A DNA stretch of 64,000 nt from Escherichia coli (GCF_003334785.1 NZ_QOWV01000008.1); one strand, 5' to 3'. Shown: positions 1 to 14,703, numbered from the stretch's first letter. Notes: generated by a model not told the origin, from the letters alone. Program-made: numbers and translations.

Positions 1-1
1 C

Positions 2-199
2 GGTTCGGTGATCTTTACTCTAAAAGCAACACGTACTGGTAACACGATTACTGTGATTGGTGCGGGCGAGGCGAGGAACTGGACACTGTGCTTGCGCAAT
101 GTTGTGAAAGTAAATGGTCTGCAAGGCGGTTCGCAGGCTGAAAGTGAGCAGGGGCTGGTGGTGAAGCCTCAAGGGAATGCGCTGACAATTACGTTGTAA
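2..199 (+). CDS. 3' end of a CDS that begins upstream of the window; probably alpha-xylosidase YicI by synteny
   Basis: Open frame from window start to stop at 197-199, convergent with yicH; identity inferred from K-12 gene order only. Confidence 0.4.
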   Translation, partial: GSVIFTLKATRTGNTITVIGAGEARNWTLCLRNVVKVNGLQGGSQAESEQGLVVKPQGNALTITL

Positions 200-214
200 T
201 CTATTGATGGAATG

Positions 215-239
215 CCGGGTACGTCTGAGTCGTACCCGA
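215..239. terminator. Hairpin between convergent yicI and yicH
   Basis: Inverted repeat ccgggtacg / cgtacccg in the 52-bp convergent gap. Confidence 0.35.
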
Positions 240-251
240 CGAGATTGATGT

Positions 252-1961
252 TTACTGCACCGGCTCCGTCGATGTAACTTCACCGCTGGAAACGACGCCC
301 GCATTCATGGTTTGAGTCACTTGCTGCTTTGCGGCGTTCACGGCATGCAATTGCCCGCTAACCGTAGGTTTCAGCGGGGCATTGGCCTGAATATCTCCAC
401 TGGCGGTAAGCTGAATATTGCCGTCGCCAGTCAACGGTAATTCAGGCCATCCCCATTGTTGCAAAATATTCACCGGCACACCGCGTCCATTCAGGCTGAT
501 ATGGGTCTGACGTTGTGGCGTTTGTGAAACACTGGCGGTGGCTTCCAGAATGCCTTTTTCAGTAAATGCACTCAGTTCGCTGATATTCACCGTGCTGCTG
601 TTGGCGGTCAGCGCCAGCGACGGGCGACGAACATCAACACGATTGAATGTCGCGGCGGCGGCATTCAGATTCGCCGAGCCACTCCAGACGCCCCATTTAT
701 GATCGGTAACCAGCGTCAGGTTGGCACCGTAACCATCGAGCGTGGTGAGCTGCCACGGGAAGTCAGGGTCGATATCAATGATCAGATTGCGGCTGGCGCT
801 AAATCTCTTCAGTTGCAGGCTGTTTAACCAACCGGGTGTCGTTTCCATCCACAACTGTTGCCAGTTTTTCGGCAAGGTATATTCCAGCCCGGCAATTGCC
901 GCATCATCAAGGATCAACGTTTTCCCGTCACGCAGCCAGTTCCCTGACGTTCTGACCATACCCCCTTCCCAGCGGCTGGTGAACTGGCGCAGCGCTACGC
1001 CCTGCGGGGAAAATTCCGCGTTTATAATCGGGTCAAATAAATGCAGCGAACCATAAATGAACTCGCTAGCGTTCATCGACAGTTTGCCTTCTTGTGTCTG
1101 CCAGTCATCTTTACTGAAGGTCATGTTGCGCAAGCTGAGATCGAGGTCGGTCACCGCCCAGTCCGGACCTTGCAAACGAGCATCGATCACTTCCAGGCGA
1201 CCAATCTGCAACGACGGGACAGAGCGTAATGGCGCAAAGAAGTCGGTTAGCGATTTTTCGCTTTGTAGACGGATATCCGCCATGCGCAGGTTTTCCACTT
1301 GCCAGCTGCCGTCGGCGTTACGCTGCGCGTTTCCGGTTAATGTCCCGCGCGCGATGTCGGCACCCAGGTTAGTCAGCGTAACGCGATCGTTATCAATACT
1401 GCCTTCAATCAGTACATTGGTGGCAGGAACATCATTGAGCGAAAGCGATCCGGCACTAAACTGAATCTGCGCCTTCGTACCCAGCACTTTACCGGCTTCT
1501 GGTGACCACGGAACCACGCCGCCATTTACCCGCTGCGCGCTCAGTTTCCATTCGCTATTCGGGCTATTAAACGCCATATCACGCAGTTGCAGACGATCGG
1601 CTTTGAACGGTAGCGGCGCGGTCTGGTCGGTGAGATTCAGCGTCCCGTTTTCCAGCAGGATGGTATCGACATGGCGTGGTTCGGTCAGTTGCCGACTACT
1701 TAGCGCAATGTCGACACTTTTGGCCACCAGGGTCGCGGGCTGGCCATCACGACCAAACGTGACATTCTCCAGCACGATATGAGATGGCGCGGAAAAACGG
1801 TGATCCATCGCCCCGAAGGCCAGATGATAGTCGCTATTCTCGGAAACCCATGCGCTGATATGTTCTGCTCCCCAGCGGGTTTGCAGAAGAAAATAGAGGC
1901 CAGCGATCACCACTAACAGAGCGATGAGAATGTAGAGAAGCAGCTTCCCAATAAATTTCAT
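252..1961 (-). CDS. yicH: AsmA-family membrane protein YicH
   Basis: ORF 252..1985; N-terminal signal/TM segment MKFIGKLLLYILIALLVV; start set at second Met to give 569 aa. Confidence 0.8.
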   Translation of the reverse strand: MKFIGKLLLYILIALLVVIAGLYFLLQTRWGAEHISAWVSENSDYHLAFGAMDHRFSAPSHIVLENVTFGRDGQPATLVAKSVDIALSSRQLTEPRHVDTILLENGTLNLTDQTAPLPFKADRLQLRDMAFNSPNSEWKLSAQRVNGGVVPWSPEAGKVLGTKAQIQFSAGSLSLNDVPATNVLIEGSIDNDRVTLTNLGADIARGTLTGNAQRNADGSWQVENLRMADIRLQSEKSLTDFFAPLRSVPSLQIGRLEVIDARLQGPDWAVTDLDLSLRNMTFSKDDWQTQEGKLSMNASEFIYGSLHLFDPIINAEFSPQGVALRQFTSRWEGGMVRTSGNWLRDGKTLILDDAAIAGLEYTLPKNWQQLWMETTPGWLNSLQLKRFSASRNLIIDIDPDFPWQLTTLDGYGANLTLVTDHKWGVWSGSANLNAAAATFNRVDVRRPSLALTANSSTVNISELSAFTEKGILEATASVSQTPQRQTHISLNGRGVPVNILQQWGWPELPLTGDGNIQLTASGDIQANAPLKPTVSGQLHAVNAAKQQVTQTMNAGVVSSGEVTSTEPVQ

Positions 1962-2081
1962 GGTCTTCCATCCCGTGAAATGCACATAAGGGAGTTATGC
2001 ACGATTTACGCGCAATCCTCAAGGCGGGAATGGTGAAAGAGGTGAGACTGCGGCGGTAATTATCTTACCGCCGCCAGTGAA

Positions 2082-3482
2082 TTACTGTTTTTCTGGTGGG
2101 AAAATCAGATTCAGCACGATGGCAGTAATACCGCCCGCGGCGATCCCGGAGGAGAGCAGGTTTTTCAGCCATTCAGGGGCAAACTGCAAAATCAGCGGCT
2201 GCTGAGACACGCCCAGACCAACCGCCAGCGACAGCGCGATAATCAGAATCGCCCGACGGTTCAGCGGCTCACGAGAAACGATACGCACACCGGAGGCGGC
2301 GATGGTGCCAAACATTACAAGCGTTGCGCCGCCCAGAACCGGTTCTGGAATGTGTTGTACAAAACCGCTCACTGCCGGGAACAGACCCAGCACGATCAAC
2401 ATCAGCGCGACGACAAAACCGACATAGCGGCTGGCAACACCAGTCAACTGGATCACTCCGTTGTTTTGCCCGAAGCAGGAGTTCGGGAAGGTGTTAAACA
2501 CCGCCGAAACAAACGAGTTCAGGCCGTTTGCCAGCACGCCACCTTTCAGGCGTTTCATGTACAGCGGACCGGACACTGGCTGTTCGGAAACGTCAGAGGT
2601 CGCCGTGATATCGCCAATGGTTTCCAGCGAAGTGATCATAAAGACCAGCATCAGCGGCAGCAGCAGACTCCATTCAATGCCAAGACCGTAATAGAGCGGC
2701 GTTGGCACCATAATCAGTTCTTGCGTCATCGGTTCGTTGCTTTCTGGCAACATGCCCATAAACCACGCCAGCGCATATCCGGCCGCCATCGCAATCACCA
2801 GTGAGGCCACGCGTAAGTAAGGGTTACGTTGACGGTTAAGCAGGATAATTAAGGCTAAGACCACGCCTGCCAGCAGCAGATTTTTCGGTGCGCCGAAGGT
2901 GTTATCGCTCATGGCTGCGTAACCGCCGCCAATGGACGTTAACCCAACCTGAATTAGCGACAGGCCGATAATCATCACCACAACGCCAGAAACCAGCGGC
3001 GTAATAATGCGGCGCGCCAGATGCAGAACGCGGGAGATCACCATCTCGGTGCAACTTGCCAGCATCAACGTGCCGAACAAAGCCGCCATCATGGTAGGAA
3101 CATCAGCACCACCGGTTTTCAGCGCGGTACCGCCCATAATCAGCGGGGCAACAAAGTTGAAGCTGGTGCCCTGAATAGACAACAGCCCGGAGCCAACCGG
3201 ACCCCAGGCCTTAATTTGAATAATCGATGCCACACCGGAGGCAAACAGCGACATACTAATAATGTGTTGCGTGTCTTGTGCCGGTAAACCCAGCGCCTGG
3301 CAGATTAATAGCGCTGGCGTGATCACCGCAACGAACATCGCCAGCAGATGCTGACAGGCGGCAAACAGGGTTTGAGGAAGCGGCGGACGATCTTCAAGAC
3401 GGTAAATCAGTTCGCTGTTTTGAGTCTGCGCAACCGGTTGCGCATTTTCTGACTCGAGGGTGGAAACAGACATCGAAAACAA
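2082..3482 (-). CDS. xanP: Xanthine permease (NCS2 family)
   Basis: 466-aa polytopic membrane protein, recognised as XanP/YicE. Confidence 0.9.
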
Positions 3483-3752
3483 TCCCGTGGTAGCAAAGCG
3501 GGCATTTTAGCTGACCGAAAGAGAAAAGCAAACGTTTGCCACATCCTCATCTAAATATTTAAATGAGATAAATGCACTTTTTTATATAACTTTTGGTATT
3601 TTTCTGCTTAAAATCCATGCCATTTGTTCATTAACAGCTGAGAATTTGACCCAGGAAAGCATAACTCGATACCCGTCATAGTTCATGAAGTTGCCACTGC
3701 GCGATGAAGTATGACGAGTATGAAAGAGTGATGCGGATACAAAGGAGTAACT

Positions 3753-4958
3753 ATGTTTCATCTCGATACTTTAGCAACGCTTGTTGCCGCAACGCTGACG
3801 TTGCTGCTCGGGCGTAAGTTGGTCCATTCCGTCTCCTTTTTGAAGAAATACACCATACCGGAACCTGTTGCGGGTGGTTTGTTGGTGGCGCTGGCGCTAC
3901 TAGTACTGAAAAAAAGCATGGGCTGGGAAGTCAACTTTGATATGTCCCTGCGCGATCCGTTAATGCTGGCTTTCTTCGCCACCATTGGCCTGAACGCCAA
4001 CATTGCCAGTTTGCGTGCCGGTGGGCGTGTGGTTGGCATCTTCTTGATTGTGGTTGTTGGTCTGTTGGTGATGCAAAATGCCATTGGCATTGGTATGGCT
4101 AGCCTGTTAGGGCTTGATCCGCTGATGGGGCTGTTGGCCGGTTCTATTACGCTTTCCGGCGGTCACGGTACGGGCGCTGCGTGGAGTAAATTGTTCATTG
4201 AACGTTATGGCTTCACCAATGCGACGGAAGTGGCGATGGCCTGTGCAACGTTCGGTCTGGTGCTGGGCGGCTTGATTGGCGGTCCGGTGGCGCGCTATCT
4301 GGTGAAACACTCCACCACGCCGAACGGTATTCCGGATGACCAGGAAGTCCCGACGGCGTTTGAAAAGCCGGATGTGGGCCGCATGATCACCTCGTTGGTG
4401 CTGATTGAAACTATCGCGCTGATTGCTATCTGCCTGACGGTGGGGAAAATTGTTGCGCAACTTTTGGCTGGCACTGCTTTTGAACTGCCGACCTTCGTCT
4501 GTGTACTGTTTGTTGGCGTGATTCTGAGCAACGGTCTGTCAATAATGGGCTTTTACCGCGTCTTTGAGCGTGCGGTATCCGTGCTGGGTAACGTAAGCTT
4601 GTCGTTGTTCCTGGCGATGGCGTTGATGGGGCTGAAACTGTGGGAGCTGGCTTCGCTGGCGCTGCCGATGCTGGCGATTCTGGTGGTACAGACCATCTTC
4701 ATGGCGTTGTATGCCATCTTCGTTACCTGGCGCATGATGGGCAAAAACTACGATGCGGCAGTGCTGGCTGCGGGTCACTGTGGTTTTGGCCTCGGTGCAA
4801 CGCCAACGGCAATCGCCAACATGCAGGCGATCACTGAACGCTTTGGCCCGTCGCACATGGCGTTTTTGGTGGTGCCGATGGTCGGTGCGTTCTTTATCGA
4901 TATCGTCAATGCGCTGGTAATTAAGTTGTATTTGATGTTGCCGATTTTTGCCGGTTAA
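3753..4958 (+). CDS. gltS: Sodium/glutamate symporter
   Basis: 401-aa membrane protein, MFHLDTLATLVAATLTLLLG..., divergent from xanP. Confidence 0.9.
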   Translation: MFHLDTLATLVAATLTLLLGRKLVHSVSFLKKYTIPEPVAGGLLVALALLVLKKSMGWEVNFDMSLRDPLMLAFFATIGLNANIASLRAGGRVVGIFLIVVVGLLVMQNAIGIGMASLLGLDPLMGLLAGSITLSGGHGTGAAWSKLFIERYGFTNATEVAMACATFGLVLGGLIGGPVARYLVKHSTTPNGIPDDQEVPTAFEKPDVGRMITSLVLIETIALIAICLTVGKIVAQLLAGTAFELPTFVCVLFVGVILSNGLSIMGFYRVFERAVSVLGNVSLSLFLAMALMGLKLWELASLALPMLAILVVQTIFMALYAIFVTWRMMGKNYDAAVLAAGHCGFGLGATPTAIANMQAITERFGPSHMAFLVVPMVGAFFIDIVNALVIKLYLMLPIFAG

Positions 4959-5123
4959 CCGATGAAGCGGCGGTAGAAGTGCCGCCGCAACAAAGACAAA
5001 TGCCTGATACGCTTCGCTTATCAAGCCTGCGTATTGATTCATAATTTATTGAATTTGTAGGGTGAATCGCATCCGGCAGGAAGGTAGGGTAACCTGAAAT
5101 GGCGGTCTTCTCACTGCCGCCTT

Positions 5124-7205
5124 TTACGCATTCGAGTAACGTTCTGTCTCCGGCATCCAGCGTTCTATCAAGGCTTTTGCCTGTTGTGGGTAACGTTCGT
5201 GAATATGTCGCGCCAGGCGCTGAACTTCCGGGATCATCGCCTGATCGCGCAGTAAATCCGCCACTTTAAATTCAGCATTACCCGTCTGACGCGTGCCTAA
5301 CAATTCGCCAGGGCCGCGAATCTCCAGATCTTTTTGCGCAATCACAAAACCGTCGTTACTGTCGCGCAGCACTTGCAGGCGAATTTGCGCCGTTTTAGAA
5401 AGCGGCGTTTTGTAGAGCAGCACGCAGTGAGAAGCCACCGCGCCACGACCTACGCGCCCGCGCAGCTGGTGTAACTGCGCCAGACCCAGACGCTCAGGGT
5501 TTTCGATAATCATCAGGCTGGCGTTAGGCACATCAACACCGACTTCAATAACGGTAGTGGCAACCAGCAGATGTAGCTCACCTTGTTTAAACGACGCCAT
5601 CACCGCCTGTTTCTCGGCTGGTTTCATCCGCCCGTGTACCAGGCCAACATTCAATTCTGGTAGCGCCAGTTTCAACTCTTCCCAGGTAGCTTCCGCCGCC
5701 TGCGCTTCCAGTAACTCTGACTCTTCAATCAACGTACAAACCCAGTACGCCTGACGACCTTCAGTTATGCAGGCGTGGCGCACGCGGTCAATGATGTCGG
5801 TACGGCGGGTATCAGGAATAGCGACCGTAGTCACTGGCGTGCGGCCTGGCGGCAGCTCATCTATCACCGAGGTATCGAGATCGGCATACGCCGTCATTGC
5901 CAGCGTGCGGGGGATCGGCGTGGCGGTCATGATCAACTGATGCGGATGGAAGCCCTGCTGCTGGCCTTTCTCCCACAATGCCAGACGCTGATGCACGCCA
6001 AAACGATGCTGTTCGTCGATAATCACCAGCGCCAGGCCGTTAAACTGCACCTGTTCCTGGAAGATGGCGTGTGTACCGACAATCATCTGCACCTGACCGC
6101 TGGCGATGGCTTCCTGCTGAGACAGTCGCGCTTTGCCTTTCTGCTTACCGGCGAGCCAGCCCACTTTGATACCGAGCGGTGCAAACCAGTTGCGGAAGTT
6201 ATTGGCGTGCTGCTCGGCGAGTAATTCGGTTGGTGCCATCAGTGCCACCTGTTTGCCGTGGGCAATCGCACGCAGCGCGGCGAGGGCGGCGACCAGCGTT
6301 TTACCGGAACCTACATCGCCCTGTACCAGGCGCATCATCGGCACATCCAGCGCCATATCATGCTCGATCTCCGCCACTACGCGTGCCTGTGCGCCCGTTG
6401 GCTTGAACGGTAAGGCGGCGAGGAGTTTATTTTTCAGCGTGTCATTGGCGCTCAGCGGCTGGGCATGAAAACGCTGTGCTCCGGCACGTAAGGCTAACAT
6501 GCTGAGGTTGTGCGCCAGCAGTTCTTCCAGAATCAGACGACGTTGCGCCGGATGCTGCCCGGTTTCCAGATCGCTAAGCTGTAGCGTCGGTGGCGGGCGG
6601 TGCAAAGTGCGCAACGCTTCCGGTAGCGTCATCATTCCTTGTGACAGTTCCGGCGGCAGGAGTTCTTCAATGGCGCAGGTGTCGAGCAGATCCAGCGCCT
6701 GGTCGGTTAATTTACGCAGCGTGGCCTGCTTTACGCCTTCCGTTGTTGGATAAACCGGCGTGAGCGTTTCCTGTAATTCTGGCGTGCTGAGATCGCCCTG
6801 CACGCGGTATTCCGGGTGGATCATCTCCGCACCATATTTACCGCGCTTTGCTTCGCCATAAGCCAGTACACGGCGGCCCGTCGCCAGGCTATTTTTCATT
6901 GCCGCGCTGAAATTGAAAAAGCGCATGGTGAGGATGCCGGAACCGTCGCTGATCTGGCAGGTCATCATCCGCCGACCGCCGAAGGAGATATTGCAGTTCA
7001 GCACTTCGCCTTCCACCGTGGCATAAACGCCCGGCAGTAGTTCTCCGATGGGGTAGAGATGGGTGCGATCTTCGTAGCGCAGGGGAAGGTGTAAGAGTAA
7101 ATCCTGCACGGTATGCAGGTTGATTTTCGCCAGTTTGTTACTAAGCGCTGCGCCAACGCCCGTTAGGGAACTGAGCGGGACAGTATCTAACAGGCGGCCT
7201 TTCAT
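5124..7205 (-). CDS. recG: ATP-dependent DNA helicase RecG
   Basis: Walker A GDVGSGKT and helicase motifs; start placed at MKGRLLD (693 aa) rather than the upstream in-frame Met. Confidence 0.95.
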   Translation of the reverse strand: MKGRLLDTVPLSSLTGVGAALSNKLAKINLHTVQDLLLHLPLRYEDRTHLYPIGELLPGVYATVEGEVLNCNISFGGRRMMTCQISDGSGILTMRFFNFSAAMKNSLATGRRVLAYGEAKRGKYGAEMIHPEYRVQGDLSTPELQETLTPVYPTTEGVKQATLRKLTDQALDLLDTCAIEELLPPELSQGMMTLPEALRTLHRPPPTLQLSDLETGQHPAQRRLILEELLAHNLSMLALRAGAQRFHAQPLSANDTLKNKLLAALPFKPTGAQARVVAEIEHDMALDVPMMRLVQGDVGSGKTLVAALAALRAIAHGKQVALMAPTELLAEQHANNFRNWFAPLGIKVGWLAGKQKGKARLSQQEAIASGQVQMIVGTHAIFQEQVQFNGLALVIIDEQHRFGVHQRLALWEKGQQQGFHPHQLIMTATPIPRTLAMTAYADLDTSVIDELPPGRTPVTTVAIPDTRRTDIIDRVRHACITEGRQAYWVCTLIEESELLEAQAAEATWEELKLALPELNVGLVHGRMKPAEKQAVMASFKQGELHLLVATTVIEVGVDVPNASLMIIENPERLGLAQLHQLRGRVGRGAVASHCVLLYKTPLSKTAQIRLQVLRDSNDGFVIAQKDLEIRGPGELLGTRQTGNAEFKVADLLRDQAMIPEVQRLARHIHERYPQQAKALIERWMPETERYSNA

Positions 7206-7210
7206 GGCGC

Positions 7211-7900
7211 TTACCCTGCGGCCTGCATGGTGGACCACCAGTCAGCATCAGCTTCGATCTCGCCTTGCTGATTGACGTGGGGGTAAGGCAGGCCTTTGCG
7301 TTTTGCGACTTTCGCCAGCACCGGATAGCCGCCTTCAAACAACAGGCGTTGTTGCTCTGCTTCCGGCAACATGCTGTTTTCACGCAGGTACATGCCTGCA
7401 TTTTGCCGCTGACGCTGGGCTTCGTAAAGAATGAGGGCTGAGGCAACGGAAACATTCAGCGACTGCACCATGCCGATCATCGGAATGATGATGTCCTGAT
7501 CCGCCAGGGCCAATGCTTCCTGCGTGATGCCCGTTTTCTCCTGTCCCATCAAAATGCAGGTCGGGCGAGTGTAATCAATTTCGCGGAAATCGACAGCATT
7601 ATCAGAAAGATGGGTTGCCAGAATCTGCATGCCCTGGCCTTTCAGATGAGCGACGGCATCGCCAATGGTGCGGTGTGTTTTCACCTGTACCCAGCTGTTA
7701 CTACCCGCCGCTGCCGAAGCCATGGTGCGCATCCGGCTACCAGGCCAGACGGCGTGAACTTCATGTACGCCAACGGCATCTGCGGTACGAATAATCGCAG
7801 AAACGTTATGAGGTTTGTGGACCTGCTCCATGCAGACGGTCAGGTCAGGCTGCCGCCTGGCGAGCATTTCGCAGATGCGTGCATAACGTGTTGGGTTCAT
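7211..7900 (-). CDS. trmH: tRNA (Gm18) 2'-O-methyltransferase
   Basis: 229 aa SpoU-family protein; 5-bp gap to recG. Confidence 0.9.
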   Translation of the reverse strand: MNPTRYARICEMLARRQPDLTVCMEQVHKPHNVSAIIRTADAVGVHEVHAVWPGSRMRTMASAAAGSNSWVQVKTHRTIGDAVAHLKGQGMQILATHLSDNAVDFREIDYTRPTCILMGQEKTGITQEALALADQDIIIPMIGMVQSLNVSVASALILYEAQRQRQNAGMYLRENSMLPEAEQQRLLFEGGYPVLAKVAKRKGLPYPHVNQQGEIEADADWWSTMQAAG

Positions 7901-7906
7901 AAAACA

Positions 7907-10015
7907 TTAATTTCGGTTTCGGGTGACTTTAATCACGTCTGGCATCACGCGGATTTTGCGCATGATATTCGCCAGATGCACACGGTCACGAGCGGTCAGA
8001 CGAATAAAGGCGCTGTAGACGCGACCATCTTTCTCTTCCGTATTCAAACTTTGAATATTCGAGGTCGTGGTGTTAATTGCCGCCGTCAGGTTTGCCAGCG
8101 CACCCTGATGATTGAACATCTCCACCTTGATTTCGGTGATGAATTCCTGCGCCGTCTCTTTATCCCATTCCACAGCCATAAACTTCTCTGGCTCTTTCTG
8201 GTAGCCACGGATGTTACGGCAGGATTCATGGTGGATCACCAGACCTTTACCGGGGCTGACGTGGGCGATAATCGGGTCGCCAGGAATAGGGCGGCAGCAT
8301 TTCGCAAAGGTGATCAGCACGCCATCGGCACCTTTAATTGGCAGATGTCCGTGACTTTGGGTTGCCGGTGGAATGGAGGCGTCCCCATGTTGTAGATTTT
8401 TCGCGACCACCACGCTCATTGCGTTACCAAGGCCGATTTCAGCCAGCAGATCGTCAAGCGTTGCCAGCTTCATGCGATCCAGCTCGCGCTGAATATTTTC
8501 CTGCGGGATTTCATTCAGCTTACGGCTACCACCCAAAGCATGGTTGAGCAGACGACGGCCCAGGCTTACAGAATCATCACGCTTGAGGTTTTTCAGCAAC
8601 TGACGAATTTTGGCGCGCGCTTTTGAGCTAACGACAAAGTTCAGCCACGCGGCATTCGGGCGAGCGCCCGGTGCGGTAATGATTTCAACGGTTTGACCGC
8701 TGGTAAGCGGCTGCGACAGCGGGTAAGGCTGGCGGTCAACGCGTGCGCCCACGCAGGCATGACCGATATCGGTATGCACTGCATAAGCGAAGTCGACGGG
8801 CGTTGCACCGGCAGGCAGCTCGACAATGCGCCCTTCCGGTGTGAAAACGTAAATCTCATCCGGGAAGAGATCGGATTTAACGCTCTCGATAAATTCAAAC
8901 GAACTACCGGCGCTCTGTTGCAGCTCCAGCAGGCTTTGCATCCAGCGCTGGGCGCGGATTTGTGCGGTAGTACTGGTTTCGCCGTGCTCTTTATAAGCCC
9001 AGTGCGCGGCAACACCCATCTCCGCCATCTGATCCATATCTTCGGTACGGATCTGGACCTCAACCGGCACGCCGTGCGGGCCAATCATCGAGGTGTGCAA
9101 AGACTGATAGCCGTTCGCTTTTGGAATGGCGATATAGTCTTTCACGCGGCCCGGACGCGGCTTGTACAGGCTGTGCATCTGGCCCAGCACGCGATAACAG
9201 GTGTCAGAATCATTGACGATCACGCGGAAAGCGTAGATGTCCATGATTGAGTGAAAACGCTGCTCTTTGAGCACCATTTTGCAGTAAATCGAATAAAGAT
9301 GCTTTTCGCGACCACTGACGCGGCACGGTATTCCCGCTTCCTGCAAACGCCCTTCGATTTCAGAAAGAATCTTCTGGATCATCTCTTTACGGTTGCCGCG
9401 CGCGGCTTTCACCACTTCTTTGATTACGCGATAACGGTTGGGATACAGCGCCTCAAAACCCAGCTCTTCGAGTTCGGTTTTAATGTGGTGGATACCTAAA
9501 CGGTGCGCCAGCGGGCTGTAAATTTCGAGAGTTTCACGGGCGATGCGGCGACGTTTGTCCGGGCGAAGTGAGCCCAGCGTGCGCATGTTGTGGGTACGGT
9601 CGGCAAGTTTGATGAGGATGACGCGGATATCCTGCACCATCGCCATAATCATCTTGCGAAAGTTTTCGGCCTGCGCCTCTTTCTTATCGCGGAACTTGAG
9701 TTTATCAAGTTTCGACACCCCCTCTACCAGCTCGGCGACGCTTTTACCAAAAAGCTGTTCCATATCCTGGTAGGTGGCGGGAGTATCTTCAATCACGTCA
9801 TGCAGCAGCGCCGCCATCAGCGTTTCATAGTCGAGTTTCATCTCGGCCAGAATGCAGGCAACCGCTACCGGGTGCGTGATATAGGGTTCACCGCTTGAAC
9901 GTGTTTGCCCCTCGTGAGCATCACGTGCAACGAGATACGCCTGCCGCAGACGCTTGATTTGGTCTTCCGGCAGGTAGGTTTGAATCAGTTGATTCAGGCT
10001 TTCAAACAGATACAA
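7907..10015 (-). CDS. spoT: Bifunctional (p)ppGpp synthetase/hydrolase SpoT
   Basis: 702 aa with HD domain; start codon is TTG (minus strand 10015..10013). Confidence 0.95.
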   Translation of the reverse strand: MYLFESLNQLIQTYLPEDQIKRLRQAYLVARDAHEGQTRSSGEPYITHPVAVACILAEMKLDYETLMAALLHDVIEDTPATYQDMEQLFGKSVAELVEGVSKLDKLKFRDKKEAQAENFRKMIMAMVQDIRVILIKLADRTHNMRTLGSLRPDKRRRIARETLEIYSPLAHRLGIHHIKTELEELGFEALYPNRYRVIKEVVKAARGNRKEMIQKILSEIEGRLQEAGIPCRVSGREKHLYSIYCKMVLKEQRFHSIMDIYAFRVIVNDSDTCYRVLGQMHSLYKPRPGRVKDYIAIPKANGYQSLHTSMIGPHGVPVEVQIRTEDMDQMAEMGVAAHWAYKEHGETSTTAQIRAQRWMQSLLELQQSAGSSFEFIESVKSDLFPDEIYVFTPEGRIVELPAGATPVDFAYAVHTDIGHACVGARVDRQPYPLSQPLTSGQTVEIITAPGARPNAAWLNFVVSSKARAKIRQLLKNLKRDDSVSLGRRLLNHALGGSRKLNEIPQENIQRELDRMKLATLDDLLAEIGLGNAMSVVVAKNLQHGDASIPPATQSHGHLPIKGADGVLITFAKCCRPIPGDPIIAHVSPGKGLVIHHESCRNIRGYQKEPEKFMAVEWDKETAQEFITEIKVEMFNHQGALANLTAAINTTTSNIQSLNTEEKDGRVYSAFIRLTARDRVHLANIMRKIRVMPDVIKVTRNRN

Positions 10016-10033
10016 GGGCGACCCGCTTTGTGA

Positions 10034-10309
10034 TTAACGACGACCTTCAGCAATAGCGGTAACGGCTTGTAATTCAGCGGCTTCCTGCTCTTGCTGTTCC
10101 TGGCGTTCGCGAACGTCGAGGATCTGGTTGTTGATCAGACCTTCTTCGATTTCGCGCAGCGCGATTACAGTGGTTTTATCGTTTTCTTCCGGTACCAGCG
10201 GATCCTTTCCGCCTACCTGCATCTGACGAGCGCGACGCGCGGCGACCAGTACCAGGTCAAAACGGTTACCAATTTTCTCTACAGCGTCCTGAACAGTTAC
10301 GCGTGCCAT
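10034..10309 (-). CDS. rpoZ: RNA polymerase omega subunit
   Basis: 91 aa [29 protein letters not shown]... Confidence 0.95.
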
Positions 10310-10363
10310 ACTTAAAAAGCTCCACAGGTGAAGAAATGACTGGGCATGATACTGAAATCAGGT

Positions 10364-13541
<3,178 letters not shown>

Positions 13542-13832
13542 GGTTCTCTCCCTAAAAATCTGTCTGGCAGGGTAGCGATTTGTGCGTATTGTCACGATTG
13601 AGATTTTTTAAGGTGAGAGGAAATTGATAACTTGTAGTTATGTGAAATCGCTATTTTCTGTAGCGTAGATGCATTCTTCTGACTTCTTGTCTGAGAAAAT
13701 GCATAAGAAAAAATAGGTTAAAATTGAGGGGTGGAAAAGAAAGGTGCAATGTTTAGCCATTGTGTTCACCGCACCTGGACTTTGGCTTACGCATCGGGTA
13801 TCTCAATCAACAAAAAGAGTTTTTAGTTTCTG

Positions 13833-14657
13833 CTATTTCTTCTCTGTAATTTTTACACTGTTTTCCAACTGCTTGATGCTGACCTGCGGGGTCGGCAACT
13901 CCTCAGGCATGGTTCCGCCAAGTTCCTGAATGGTTTGCATCACCTTGCTACCCACGTCAAAGTGTGTGGTATTAGCTTGCTGTTTTGAATTCACGCCATC
14001 CCGCTTGAGTTTTTCTTCTGTTTGGGTAGCTCGAAAGAGATTAGCCGCCAGTTCTGTTGAACCCATATGATCCAGGATCTTCTGATTCTTTTTCAGCCCC
14101 TTCCGCTGATGAATAGCTTTCTGATCTAATCCACCATACAGCCCCTGGTAACCATGATTCTGAAATATGGCGAAATCAGTAGCTGTCGCTACCCCAGCTT
14201 GCTGTGCTGCCTCAACCAATTGTTTGTTATGTTCTTTCAACTCATTTCTCAGAAACAGACGCTTTTCGTCTTCACGAAGTTGCTTAAATGCTTCATCGTC
14301 AGCAAGCTCCTGCCGTCGGGTCTGGATAGCAAAATAAGTCTGCCCTGCCGCAATGACCGGTTTCGCAGGGTCGCCGTTTTGTACTACCAGGTAACAGGCA
14401 TAGCGGGAGAGTACGATGTCTTTTAATGCTCTTTTGGCATTTGAGCCAATTTTGACCATATCGAGGATCTCCTCGAAATGGTCATCAATTGTGTGACCAC
14501 TGTTCTCACAGGCTTCTTTGGCGCGCGTTAATACAGGTATAAAGTGACGATACTCTGAATAACCCAGTAGTTTCCCAAGTTGTCTTGCTGACCATTGTTC
14601 TGCTCCGTTTGCATTAATCAGTTTTATCTCTTCAAAAGGTTGATGATGTTCGTTCAT
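13833..14657 (-). CDS. dinD: DNA damage-inducible protein D
   Basis: 274 aa from MNEHHQPFEEIK; LexA box immediately upstream. Confidence 0.85.
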   Translation of the reverse strand: MNEHHQPFEEIKLINANGAEQWSARQLGKLLGYSEYRHFIPVLTRAKEACENSGHTIDDHFEEILDMVKIGSNAKRALKDIVLSRYACYLVVQNGDPAKPVIAAGQTYFAIQTRRQELADDEAFKQLREDEKRLFLRNELKEHNKQLVEAAQQAGVATATDFAIFQNHGYQGLYGGLDQKAIHQRKGLKKNQKILDHMGSTELAANLFRATQTEEKLKRDGVNSKQQANTTHFDVGSKVMQTIQELGGTMPEELPTPQVSIKQLENSVKITEKK

Positions 14658-14703
14658 TGCCCACTCCATGTGATATCAATTGCAAAGAAAGTAAATCTGT
14701 AAC

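Noticed and set aside
4959-5123. REP-like sequence between gltS and recG
   Set aside because: Only partial resemblance to REP; two short GC hairpins that probably serve as convergent terminators; too degenerate to call.
7610-8395. 261-aa plus-strand ORF antisense to trmH and spoT
   Set aside because: Overlaps two established genes in antisense; no support.
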